Both the position numbers and the translations under genes were made by a program. A DNA stretch of 64,000 nt, taken from assembly GCA_001783065.1 (NCBI GenBank), contig MFQN01000019.1:309-64308 (forward strand). Reading direction: 5' to 3'. The DNA comes from Candidatus Magasanikbacteria bacterium RIFCSPLOWO2_12_FULL_43_12. Its GTDB lineage: Bacteria; Patescibacteriota; Patescibacteriia; Magasanikbacterales; UBA922. This document shows, piece after piece, positions 19,275 through 27,639 of this stretch (its first letter is position 1; each line of letters opens with the position of its first letter). The notes under the pieces are model-generated. The model was given only the letters and a program-made list of their open reading frames with translations, was not told the origin of the DNA and ran no database searches.

Positions 19275-22200
19275 AAAACTGAATTATCTTTTAGTAATGC
19301 CGCGTCTAGTCCAAAATATTGGCGATGGCTATGTTTTTCCTCTTGGGGTGGCTTACGTTTCTTCAAGCATGAAAAAAGCGGGGTTTAATGTTTTCACATT
19401 AAATTTAAATCACAAAGAGGGCGATGTTTTTGAAATAATTAAAAAAACAATTGAAAAGAATAATATCCATGTTGTCGCGACCGGAGGCCTTTCGCCTCAA
19501 TATCATCTTGTTAAAAACGTTATTGAATCGGCAAAAAAAGTTAATAATAATATAATCACAATTGTGGGTGGCGGCATAATTACCGCCGATTGTGAAACCG
19601 CCATGAAGGCGCTGGAATTTGCAGATTATGGAGTCATCGGCGAAGGCGAAGAAACGATGTGTGAACTTTGCCGTATTTTAGAAAATAACGGAGACCTTTC
19701 AGTTTGCGACGGGCTTATTTATAAGGAAAGAGAGGGTTTTAAAGTTACAAATCCGCGCAAAGATATTGCTGATGTCAACGGTATTCCGTGGCCAGACTAC
19801 GAGGGTTTTGATACCGATAAATATCTTGAGGTTCCGCCGGCTGGATTTGCGGGATTAAATCAAAAACGAATGATCTGCATGCTGGGAAGCCGCTCCTGTC
19901 CTTTTCAATGCACTTTCTGCTGTCATACTCTCGGTAAAAAATATCGACGCCGATCTCTCGATGATTTTTTTGGCGAACTGGATTATTTAATTTCCCGCTA
20001 CAAAATTGATTATATTTCTTTAGCCGATGAGGTATTCGCCCCGGATTTTGAAAACGCGAAAAAATTCTGCGATCGAATAAAACAATACAATATTCATTGG
20101 TATGCCGATTTTAGAGTTGATTTGGTAAAGCCCGAACTCCTTCCTATTTTAAAGGAAAGCGGTCTTGATGTTATGTTTTTCGGTTTAGAAAGCGCGGACA
20201 ATAGGATTTTAAAAAGCATGCGCAAAGGCATTACCATTGAACAAACCGAAAGAGTTCTCAAGATGGTGTATGATGCCGGAATTGCCGGTTACGGTTGTTT
20301 TATATTCGGCGATATTGAAGAAACTTTTGAAACGGCTTTGAATACGCTTAACTGGTGGCGAGCGCACAAGGAATATGGCATCCATTTAACTCTTATTAAG
20401 CCGTTTCCCGGTTCATTTATTTACAGATACGCCTGCGAAAAAGGAATTATTAAAGATCCTATCCAATATCTCAAAGATGGCTGTCCCCAGGTGAATATTT
20501 CAAAGCTGAATAATGAGGAGTTCGCGGAAATTATGCGTCAGATTTCGGAGTCATCACACTTGTTGAGCAAGCCCGAATCTTTGGAATTGCTGGCCGTTGA
20601 TCCGGTGTTGGGGCGAGAGTCAGTGTCAGGGCGGTGCTCTAAGTGCAAGCAAAAGAATGTATGGGACGATATTAAATTATTCGCAAACGATTACATCACT
20701 TGCAGTCATTGCGGACAGAAATTTGATAATCCTAATCCGCCCCAATTAATTGAAAACCTTGATAAAAATCTCAGTTTGCTTTTAGCCAAACACGGCAAAG
20801 TAGCCGTATGGGGTATGACGCTGATAATAATGGAGTTATTCAGAAATTCAAAAATACTCAATAATCCGAATATTTTCGCGATAGACATTTCAGACAGCAA
20901 AAGAAAAATGAGTCTTGCCGGAAAAAAAATTTATGCTCCGGAAATTTTAGATAAAGAAAATATCCCTGTCGTGCTAATAGCGGTGCCGTCGCACGCCGGC
21001 CAGATTTCCTGTCAAATTAAAGAGAATCATATCAAAGTTACGGAAATAATCGATATCTGCAAGCTATGTGACTTCAATCCCATTATTCCTCAAAAATTAA
21101 ATTATCTTTTGGTAATGCCGAGGCTTGTCCAGAGAATCGGCGACGGCTATTCTTTCCCGCTCGGGATAACGTTTATTTCTTCCAGCATGAAGAAAGCCGG
21201 GTTGAATGTAAGAACGATCAATTTAAATCATTGCGAGGGAGACGTTTACGATATTTTAAAAAAAGAAATTGAAGAAAACAATATTGACGTAATCGGCGTC
21301 GGCGGTTTGTCATTTCAATATAACACGGTAAGGCTTGTTGTTGAATCCGCGAAAAAAATTAAAAAAGATATTATAACGATAGTCGGCGGAGGAATTATCA
21401 GCGGTGATCCGGAGCCGGCAATGAAAGCTTTGGAATACGCCGACTTCGGTGTAATTGGAGAGGGTGAGATGACAATGAACGAGCTTTGTTCTGCGTTGGA
21501 AGGCAAAAAAAACTTTACAGATATAGAGGGAATAATTTATAAAAATAGGGATTCTTATACCACAAATAATCCGCGTAAAGAAATGGCAAACATAGATACG
21601 CTTCCTTGGCCGGATTATGGCGGGTTTGAAATTCAAAAATATTTGGATTCTACCCCGCCGGGCATTAGTGGTTTGAACAGAAAAACGCTTTTTATGTTAG
21701 CGAGTCGTTCGTGTCCGTATAGTTGTACGTTTTGTTTTCATACGAATGGCAGAAGATATCGACAAAGATCACTTGATGATTTTTTTGCAGAACTTGAGTC
21801 CGTTGTCTCGCAGTATCAGATTGAATTTGTTTGTATGGCCGACGAGCTCTTCGCGCGCAACATAGAACGGGTTAAAGAATTTTGCGAGAAAATAAAAAAG
21901 TTTAATATTAAATGGTGGGCACAGTTCAGAGTTGATGATATTACTCTTGAGTTGCTTGCTGTCTTAAAGGCTGGCGGCTGCGAGGTTATGTCGTTCGGAT
22001 TGGAAAGCGCCGACAATCGCATTTTAAAAAGCATGAGAAAAGGCATCACCATAGAACAGATTGAGCGAACGCTAAGGATGGTTTATGAAGCGGGAATATC
22101 ATTTGAGGGTGCGTTCATATTCGGGGATATTGAGGAAACAGTGGAAACCGCCAATAATACTTTGAAATGGTGGCGGGAACACGCGGAATATAGAATTACC

Positions 22201-22926
22201 CTTAATTTGATTACGGTTTACCCGGGTTCTTATCTATATATGTACGGGAATGAAAAAGGAATCATAAAAGATAAAATTCAATTTTTAAAAGACGGATGCC
22301 CGCAGATAAATGTTTCAAAATTGTCGGATAAGGAATTATCCGAACTGGTAAGGCAATTGGTGGAGGCGCCGATAAGCATGACCAAACAGTTAATTTCGCC
22401 GGAACTTAAGACCGTGGATTTTCAAACCGGTAGAATCGCTCTTAGCGGGTCATGCGTAGTTTGCGATCACCGAAGCGAATGGAGCGACATTAGAATGTTT
22501 ACCATGAATTTTTTGCCGTGCAAAAAATGCGGACAGAAATATAATGTGCCGCTTTTTCCAGAGATTAGAAAAAATATTGATGACAATTTGCAAATGCTCT
22601 TGCGTAAATATGCCAAAGTAGCGGTGTGGGGCGTCAATTATCATTCATCCGACCTATTCAAAAATTCTTCCGTTCTGCACGATCCAAATATATATCCTGT
22701 TGATATTTCCCAGACGAAACGAAAGATGGATTTATACGAGAAAAAAATATTTGCTCCCGAAATTATAGATCGTGAAAATATCAAAGCTATTGTTGTCGCG
22801 GTGCCCGTTTACTACGCGCAGATCGCGTCTTTGGTGCAAACAAATCACAGGGGTGTCGTTGAAGTGATAGACATATGCGCTTTGACAAGCCGACAATACT
22901 CAAGTCAAGAAAGGATTGGTGTATGA
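19255..22926 (+). CDS. Tandem-fused double cobalamin-binding radical SAM enzyme (two complete B12-rSAM modules, each followed by a Zn-ribbon-like and a Methyltransf_14-like domain)
   Basis: Residues ~8-613 and ~614-1223 are full-length paralogs. Examples are KLNYLLVMPRLVQNIGDGYVFPLG vs KLNYLLVMPRLVQRIGDGYSFPLG, SRSCPFQCTFCCH vs SRSCPYSCTFCFH, and GLESADNRILKSMRKGITIEQ in both. Each half has a B12-binding Rossmann N-terminal domain, a CX3CX2C cluster, C..C......CSHCGQKF or C..C...CKKCGQKY pairs, and a C-terminal KVAVWG... domain. Confidence 0.8.
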   Translation: MNDINTKKLNYLLVMPRLVQNIGDGYVFPLGVAYVSSSMKKAGFNVFTLNLNHKEGDVFEIIKKTIEKNNIHVVATGGLSPQYHLVKNVIESAKKVNNNIITIVGGGIITADCETAMKALEFADYGVIGEGEETMCELCRILENNGDLSVCDGLIYKEREGFKVTNPRKDIADVNGIPWPDYEGFDTDKYLEVPPAGFAGLNQKRMICMLGSRSCPFQCTFCCHTLGKKYRRRSLDDFFGELDYLISRYKIDYISLADEVFAPDFENAKKFCDRIKQYNIHWYADFRVDLVKPELLPILKESGLDVMFFGLESADNRILKSMRKGITIEQTERVLKMVYDAGIAGYGCFIFGDIEETFETALNTLNWWRAHKEYGIHLTLIKPFPGSFIYRYACEKGIIKDPIQYLKDGCPQVNISKLNNEEFAEIMRQISESSHLLSKPESLELLAVDPVLGRESVSGRCSKCKQKNVWDDIKLFANDYITCSHCGQKFDNPNPPQLIENLDKNLSLLLAKHGKVAVWGMTLIIMELFRNSKILNNPNIFAIDISDSKRKMSLAGKKIYAPEILDKENIPVVLIAVPSHAGQISCQIKENHIKVTEIIDICKLCDFNPIIPQKLNYLLVMPRLVQRIGDGYSFPLGITFISSSMKKAGLNVRTINLNHCEGDVYDILKKEIEENNIDVIGVGGLSFQYNTVRLVVESAKKIKKDIITIVGGGIISGDPEPAMKALEYADFGVIGEGEMTMNELCSALEGKKNFTDIEGIIYKNRDSYTTNNPRKEMANIDTLPWPDYGGFEIQKYLDSTPPGISGLNRKTLFMLASRSCPYSCTFCFHTNGRRYRQRSLDDFFAELESVVSQYQIEFVCMADELFARNIERVKEFCEKIKKFNIKWWAQFRVDDITLELLAVLKAGGCEVMSFGLESADNRILKSMRKGITIEQIERTLRMVYEAGISFEGAFIFGDIEETVETANNTLKWWREHAEYRITLNLITVYPGSYLYMYGNEKGIIKDKIQFLKDGCPQINVSKLSDKELSELVRQLVEAPISMTKQLISPELKTVDFQTGRIALSGSCVVCDHRSEWSDIRMFTMNFLPCKKCGQKYNVPLFPEIRKNIDDNLQMLLRKYAKVAVWGVNYHSSDLFKNSSVLHDPNIYPVDISQTKRKMDLYEKKIFAPEIIDRENIKAIVVAVPVYYAQIASLVQTNHRGVVEVIDICALTSRQYSSQERIGV
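19276..21093 (+). repeat. Tandem intragenic duplication, unit 1 (~1.8 kb)
   Basis: The codon for K8 (19276) aligns with K614 (21094), offset 1818 nt. Nucleotide identity is ~70-75% in the stretches I compared by eye, and protein identity ~55-60%. Confidence 0.7.
21094..22923 (+). repeat. Tandem intragenic duplication, unit 2
   Basis: See unit 1. It is fused in frame with no stop codon between the units. Confidence 0.7.
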
Positions 22927-22981
22927 TTTCAGATTCTAAGATGGCTATTGATTTTAAAATTTATTTAAGTTTAATTAACAT

Positions 22982-24130
22982 ATGACCAACACAGAAGAAT
23001 TAAAACCGATTGAAAGCGTAAAAAGGGACCAGCTCAAACGAGAAAAACCGTATGTTTATGAGAAGATCATGAAATATGATGGCAAGATTAAAAGAGGCGA
23101 AAGCATTGCCATCCTTCAATTTCAATATGACTATACCTGCAATTTTCTTTGCGAGCACTGTTGTATAACAAAATTAAGACGCAAATCGATTGGAGGGTGC
23201 GCGTTACCAACCAACACAACATCTACCGTTATAAAGCAAGGTGATAAGTCATTTACGCCAGACGATGTAAAGGAGCTTTGTAGGCAGGCGGACGAAATGG
23301 GGCTCGCACATTTTGTGATCACTGGAGGCGAGCCGTTAGTATTTACTGACTTTGATAAAATAGTTGAAGCGGTTGATCCGCAGAAATTTTACATTACTTC
23401 TGATACAAATGGTTGGTTTTTGGATGAAAAAAGAGCGAAGCATTTAAAAGACATAGGGGTTGATAAAGTTCAGATAAGCCTGGACAGTCTTTCCGCCGCG
23501 GAGCACGATAATTTTAGGAAACATGCCGGCGCGCATGAAAAAGTCCTTAGAGCCATTGACGCCGCCAAGAATGCCGGACTGAATGTTCTTGTCCAAACTG
23601 TTGTTACCAAGCAAAGAGTTAGATCGCAAGAATTTGAAGATTTTTTAAAATTTTTAAATAACGAAAAAGGCGTGCCGGTGTTTATAACCTACGCGAAGCC
23701 GGTGGGGGATTGGGAAGGAAATTTTGATGCCATGGTTAACCAAGAAGAGATGGATTATGTCAGAGAGTTGGAAAAGAAATATAATGTATTTACGCATTTA
23801 ACCCCGTCGTATGGGCTTGATCTCGGCTGTATCGCTGTTAAAAGAATGGTTTCCATTACAAAGTATGGAGATATAATGCCCTGCCCCTACATGCATGTTT
23901 CTCTCGGAAATTTTTTCAAGGAACCGTTAAAAGATATTTTTGAAAGAGGATTGAACACCAAGCAGTTCGGGCAGTATTATGAATCATGTTATATGGCTGA
24001 AGACAGGAAATTTATTGATAAGTATATCGCGGGAAGAGTATATGGCAAAAAGTTGCCGGTGCCTTACAACGAGGTGTTCACCGAAGAAGACTTTATTAAG
24101 CCAAGCGAGCGAAAACTTTATAAGGATTAA
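22982..24130 (+). CDS. Radical SAM enzyme (MoaA/SPASM-twitch-like)
   Basis: It has a CX3CX2C motif (CNFLCEHC) and ITGGEPLVF. C-terminal cysteines are CIAV...CPYMH. Confidence 0.7.
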   Translation: MTNTEELKPIESVKRDQLKREKPYVYEKIMKYDGKIKRGESIAILQFQYDYTCNFLCEHCCITKLRRKSIGGCALPTNTTSTVIKQGDKSFTPDDVKELCRQADEMGLAHFVITGGEPLVFTDFDKIVEAVDPQKFYITSDTNGWFLDEKRAKHLKDIGVDKVQISLDSLSAAEHDNFRKHAGAHEKVLRAIDAAKNAGLNVLVQTVVTKQRVRSQEFEDFLKFLNNEKGVPVFITYAKPVGDWEGNFDAMVNQEEMDYVRELEKKYNVFTHLTPSYGLDLGCIAVKRMVSITKYGDIMPCPYMHVSLGNFFKEPLKDIFERGLNTKQFGQYYESCYMAEDRKFIDKYIAGRVYGKKLPVPYNEVFTEEDFIKPSERKLYKD

Positions 24131-24133
24131 TGT

Positions 24134-25183
24134 ATGAATGAATTAGCAACCGACCTGGATGAAATTTTAGAAAAAACCTCGGGCCTTTGGGAAGAATTGC
24201 GCGGGCAGAGAGTTTTTATTACGGGTGGAACCGGATTTTTTGGTTGCTGGCTGCTGGAAAGCTTCGCTTGGATTAACGAAAAACTTGCGCTTAATGCCTC
24301 GGCTGTCGTGTTGACAAGGGACTACGAGGCGTTTAAAATGAAAGCGCCGCATCTTGCGTCTAATCCGTCAATAAAATTTCACATTGGAGACATTAGAAAT
24401 TTTGAATTTCCGGATGGGGATTTTTCGCATGTTATCCACGCGGCCGCCACTTCGGCTATTGCTACCTATAATAATGAAAACCCACGGGTCAAATACGATA
24501 CGGTCGTGGAGGGAACGAGGCATGCTTTAAATTTTGCCGTTGAATGTCGCGCCAAAAAATTTCTTTATACGAGCTCGGGCGCCGTCTACGGAAAACCGCC
24601 CGCCGAGATGACGCATATCCCTGAAGATTATAATGGCGCTCCCGACTCCACCGCTGTCAAATCGGCTTGGGGCGAGAGTAAGCGAGCTGCGGAATTTTTA
24701 TGCGCCTATTATGCCAATAGATATGATTTAGAAATAAAGACGGCGCGCTGTTTTTCTTTTATTGGCCCGTATCTTCCTTTGGATATTCATTACGCAATTG
24801 GAAATTTTATTCGCGACGCGTCGCGCGGCGGTCCGGTGCGAGTCAATGGCGACGGCACGCCTCGCCGTTCATATCTTTATGCCTCTGATTTAATGATTTG
24901 GCTGTGGACAATATTTTTTAAGGGTGTTTCAGGCAGGCCATATAATGTCGGCTCCGAGGATGATGTAACTATTGCGGAATTAGCCCATATTGTGGTAAGC
25001 TGTTTGCAAAGTTATTCGGAGGTAAAAATCGCCAAATTACCGGCGCCAAACACGACGGAGGAGCGCTATGTGCCGTCAACCGGTCGCGCGCGGATGGAAT
25101 TGGGTCTTAGACAGACGGTCGGGCTTGAAGAGGCAATTAAACGAACGGCAGGATTATTTAAAAAAATTAATAAAACAGTATGA
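24134..25183 (+). CDS. NAD-dependent epimerase/dehydratase (extended SDR), possibly non-canonical active site
   Basis: FITGGTGFFGCWL Rossmann motif and a SSGAVYG block. At the expected YxxxK position the sequence reads AWGESK (Trp in place of Tyr). Confidence 0.65.
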   Translation: MNELATDLDEILEKTSGLWEELRGQRVFITGGTGFFGCWLLESFAWINEKLALNASAVVLTRDYEAFKMKAPHLASNPSIKFHIGDIRNFEFPDGDFSHVIHAAATSAIATYNNENPRVKYDTVVEGTRHALNFAVECRAKKFLYTSSGAVYGKPPAEMTHIPEDYNGAPDSTAVKSAWGESKRAAEFLCAYYANRYDLEIKTARCFSFIGPYLPLDIHYAIGNFIRDASRGGPVRVNGDGTPRRSYLYASDLMIWLWTIFFKGVSGRPYNVGSEDDVTIAELAHIVVSCLQSYSEVKIAKLPAPNTTEERYVPSTGRARMELGLRQTVGLEEAIKRTAGLFKKINKTV

Positions 25184-26703
25184 CAGAAAAATTAGACCAA
25201 GCTAAACCGCTTTTTATTTTTGATTTAGCGAATAACCACATGGGCGATGTTGAGCATGGGCTGAAGATTATCCGCGAGGTGCATGCGGCCTGTCGGCATT
25301 TTGTTTCCCATGGCTGGAATTTCGCTTTTAAATTCCAATATCGTGATTTTGATTCTTTTATCCATCCTGATTATAAAGAAAGAATGGATTTAAGATACAT
25401 CAAACGTTTTTCCGAAACGCGATTAAGCGAGGAACAGTTTTTAGTTTTAAAAAATGAAGTTGATAAATTGGGTTTTATTTCAGTCTGCACGCCGTTTGAT
25501 GAAAAATCGGTTGATAAAGCAGTGAAACATGGTTTTGACATCATTAAAATCGCCAGCGCTTCGTTTACCGATTGGTCATTGTTAGAAAAAGTCGTTCAAA
25601 CCGATAAGCCGATAATCGCTTCCACCGGCGGGGTTAAATTGGAAGACATTGATAAGGTGGTAACTTTTTTGCGGCACCGCGGCAAAGAGTTTGTCATTAT
25701 GCACTGTGTTGGACAGTATCCAACCTCGAAAGACCAATTGCAATTGAATCAAATAGACTTATTAAAAAAAAGATATCCGGAGGTAATTATTGGTTTTTCT
25801 ACTCACGAGTCACCGGATAATTTAGACGCTGTTAAGTTAGCCATAGCTAAGGGAACATCAATTTTTGAAAAGCATGTGGGAATAACAACCGAAAAATACC
25901 CGCTAAACGCTTATTCGGCCACGCCGGAACAGACTAAAGGGTGGTTAGAAGCGGCTCAAATGGCTTATACAATTTGCGGCACAGTCAACAAGAGGCATGA
26001 GTTTGCCAAACAAGAGCTGGCTGATATTAGGCAATTTCAAAGAGGTGTTTTCGCGTCAGTTGACATAAAAGCAGGTGAGAGAGTGGAAATAAAAGATACT
26101 TTTTTTGCTTTCCCCAATCAAGAAGGACAAGTTTTGGCGAATGAGATGTCCAAATACACCTTCTATACCGCCCGGAAAGATTACAAGATGAATGAACCGA
26201 TTATGTCTAGTAGCGTGAGTAGAACGGAAGTCCGCGGAAAAGTTTATTTGGCAGTGGAAAGAATCAACAAGTTTTTACGCCAGGCTAATATCCCCATATC
26301 TAATAAGTGGGATTTTGAGCTCTCGCATCATTACGGTCTGGATAAATTTTATGAATACGGGGCCAGTCTGGTGACCTGTTTAAATCGAGAATATTGCAAA
26401 AAGCTGATAGTAGTTTTACCCGGCCAAAAACATCCGAGCCACTCGCACAAATTAAAAGAAGAAACTTTTCATGTCTTATGGGGCGATGTGGTATTTATTG
26501 TCAGCGGTGAAAGGAAAGAGTGCGGGCCGAGCGATATCGTAACCATAGAAAGGGAGTCCAATCATAGTTTTGAATCAACCAACGGATGCGTGTTGGAAGA
26601 AATTTCCACCACTCATTATAAAGACGATACTTTTTACGAAGACGCGAGCATCGCGCAAAATCAAAATCGGAAAACCCAACTGACTTACTGGGTGATTCAA
26701 TGA
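25180..26703 (+). CDS. NeuB-family PEP-sugar aldolase (nonulosonic/ulosonic acid synthase) with SAF domain and an extra C-terminal cupin domain
   Basis: LFIFDLANNHMGD, KIASASFTD, STGG, HCVGQYP and IGFSTHE form the NeuB/PseI TIM-barrel pattern. The SAF domain shows ASVDIKAGERV. The C-terminal ~130 aa contain a two-His cupin motif (HPSHSHKLKEETFHVLWGDVVFIVSGE). Confidence 0.7.
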   Translation: MTEKLDQAKPLFIFDLANNHMGDVEHGLKIIREVHAACRHFVSHGWNFAFKFQYRDFDSFIHPDYKERMDLRYIKRFSETRLSEEQFLVLKNEVDKLGFISVCTPFDEKSVDKAVKHGFDIIKIASASFTDWSLLEKVVQTDKPIIASTGGVKLEDIDKVVTFLRHRGKEFVIMHCVGQYPTSKDQLQLNQIDLLKKRYPEVIIGFSTHESPDNLDAVKLAIAKGTSIFEKHVGITTEKYPLNAYSATPEQTKGWLEAAQMAYTICGTVNKRHEFAKQELADIRQFQRGVFASVDIKAGERVEIKDTFFAFPNQEGQVLANEMSKYTFYTARKDYKMNEPIMSSSVSRTEVRGKVYLAVERINKFLRQANIPISNKWDFELSHHYGLDKFYEYGASLVTCLNREYCKKLIVVLPGQKHPSHSHKLKEETFHVLWGDVVFIVSGERKECGPSDIVTIERESNHSFESTNGCVLEEISTTHYKDDTFYEDASIAQNQNRKTQLTYWVIQ

Positions 26704-26710
26704 TTTATTT

Positions 26711-27634
26711 GTGGAAATGAAAACACACCGTAATTTAGGGCAAATTAAACTTGAAGAAGCCAGACCGCGGCTTCAGTTGTTTGGTTTAGATTATGACGGG
26801 ACAGTCGCTGATGCTGCTCATAAGCAGCCGCAAGTTTTTGCTTTGGTGGAAAAGATTTTCGCTAAAAATAAATCAGTGGCGTTTATTACGGCCAGAGCGG
26901 CTACCGCGATAAAAGTTTTAGTGCCGCCCTTGCAAGAATTGCTCGTTCGCGAGAATGTAACCGTTCCCAGTTTTGTCGCCGGCGGCAACGGAACTACTCT
27001 GTATGAAGTGAAAAAGAATGAACTGATTGAAATTTATAATCATGGTTTAGAATTATCAAAAATCCAGCAAGCAGTGGAGATAGGAAGGAAAGTCTATGAA
27101 AAATTGGGAATCAATAACGCGAATTTAGCGGAGAAGGGATTAGAAACATTTAGAAGATTTTTACGGGAACCGTGGGAAGGATTTATCCCTGCGGAAATGA
27201 TTGATGTTTGCCGGCCATATAATGGCGAACTTTTTACCGAACAGGCCAAGGTTACTTTTGTTTTGCCTAAAGAAAAAGATTTGCATCAGAGAGTTATAGC
27301 TGAACTCAATCAGGCGTTAGGCGCGGAGTATTGCGCCGTAGCCGGTGATGACACCTTTGTCCACATAACTAAAAGACTTGAGGAAGACAGCAAGAGCGTG
27401 GCAATCAAGACTGTTTTAAATATATTGGGTTTGGATTCAGCCCAAGTGGTAACTTTCGGCGATATGCCTGCGGGGAATGATGCCGGTTTGTTAAGTTTCC
27501 CGTACAGTTTTACCAATTCAGATGATTATTTTAATCTCAAGAAAGACCCCGAACAACCGCCGTATGTCTTGCCAGATTTAGAGTTGTCGCCGGTTGATCG
27601 CGTTTATAAAGCGATAGAGTATCTAATTAGTTAA
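26711..27634 (+). CDS. HAD-superfamily phosphatase (subfamily IIB/Cof-like)
   Basis: It has the LDYDGTVAD DxDGT motif I and TFGDMPAGNDAGLL motif IV. Confidence 0.6.
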   Translation: MEMKTHRNLGQIKLEEARPRLQLFGLDYDGTVADAAHKQPQVFALVEKIFAKNKSVAFITARAATAIKVLVPPLQELLVRENVTVPSFVAGGNGTTLYEVKKNELIEIYNHGLELSKIQQAVEIGRKVYEKLGINNANLAEKGLETFRRFLREPWEGFIPAEMIDVCRPYNGELFTEQAKVTFVLPKEKDLHQRVIAELNQALGAEYCAVAGDDTFVHITKRLEEDSKSVAIKTVLNILGLDSAQVVTFGDMPAGNDAGLLSFPYSFTNSDDYFNLKKDPEQPPYVLPDLELSPVDRVYKAIEYLIS

Positions 27635-27639
27635 TTCCT

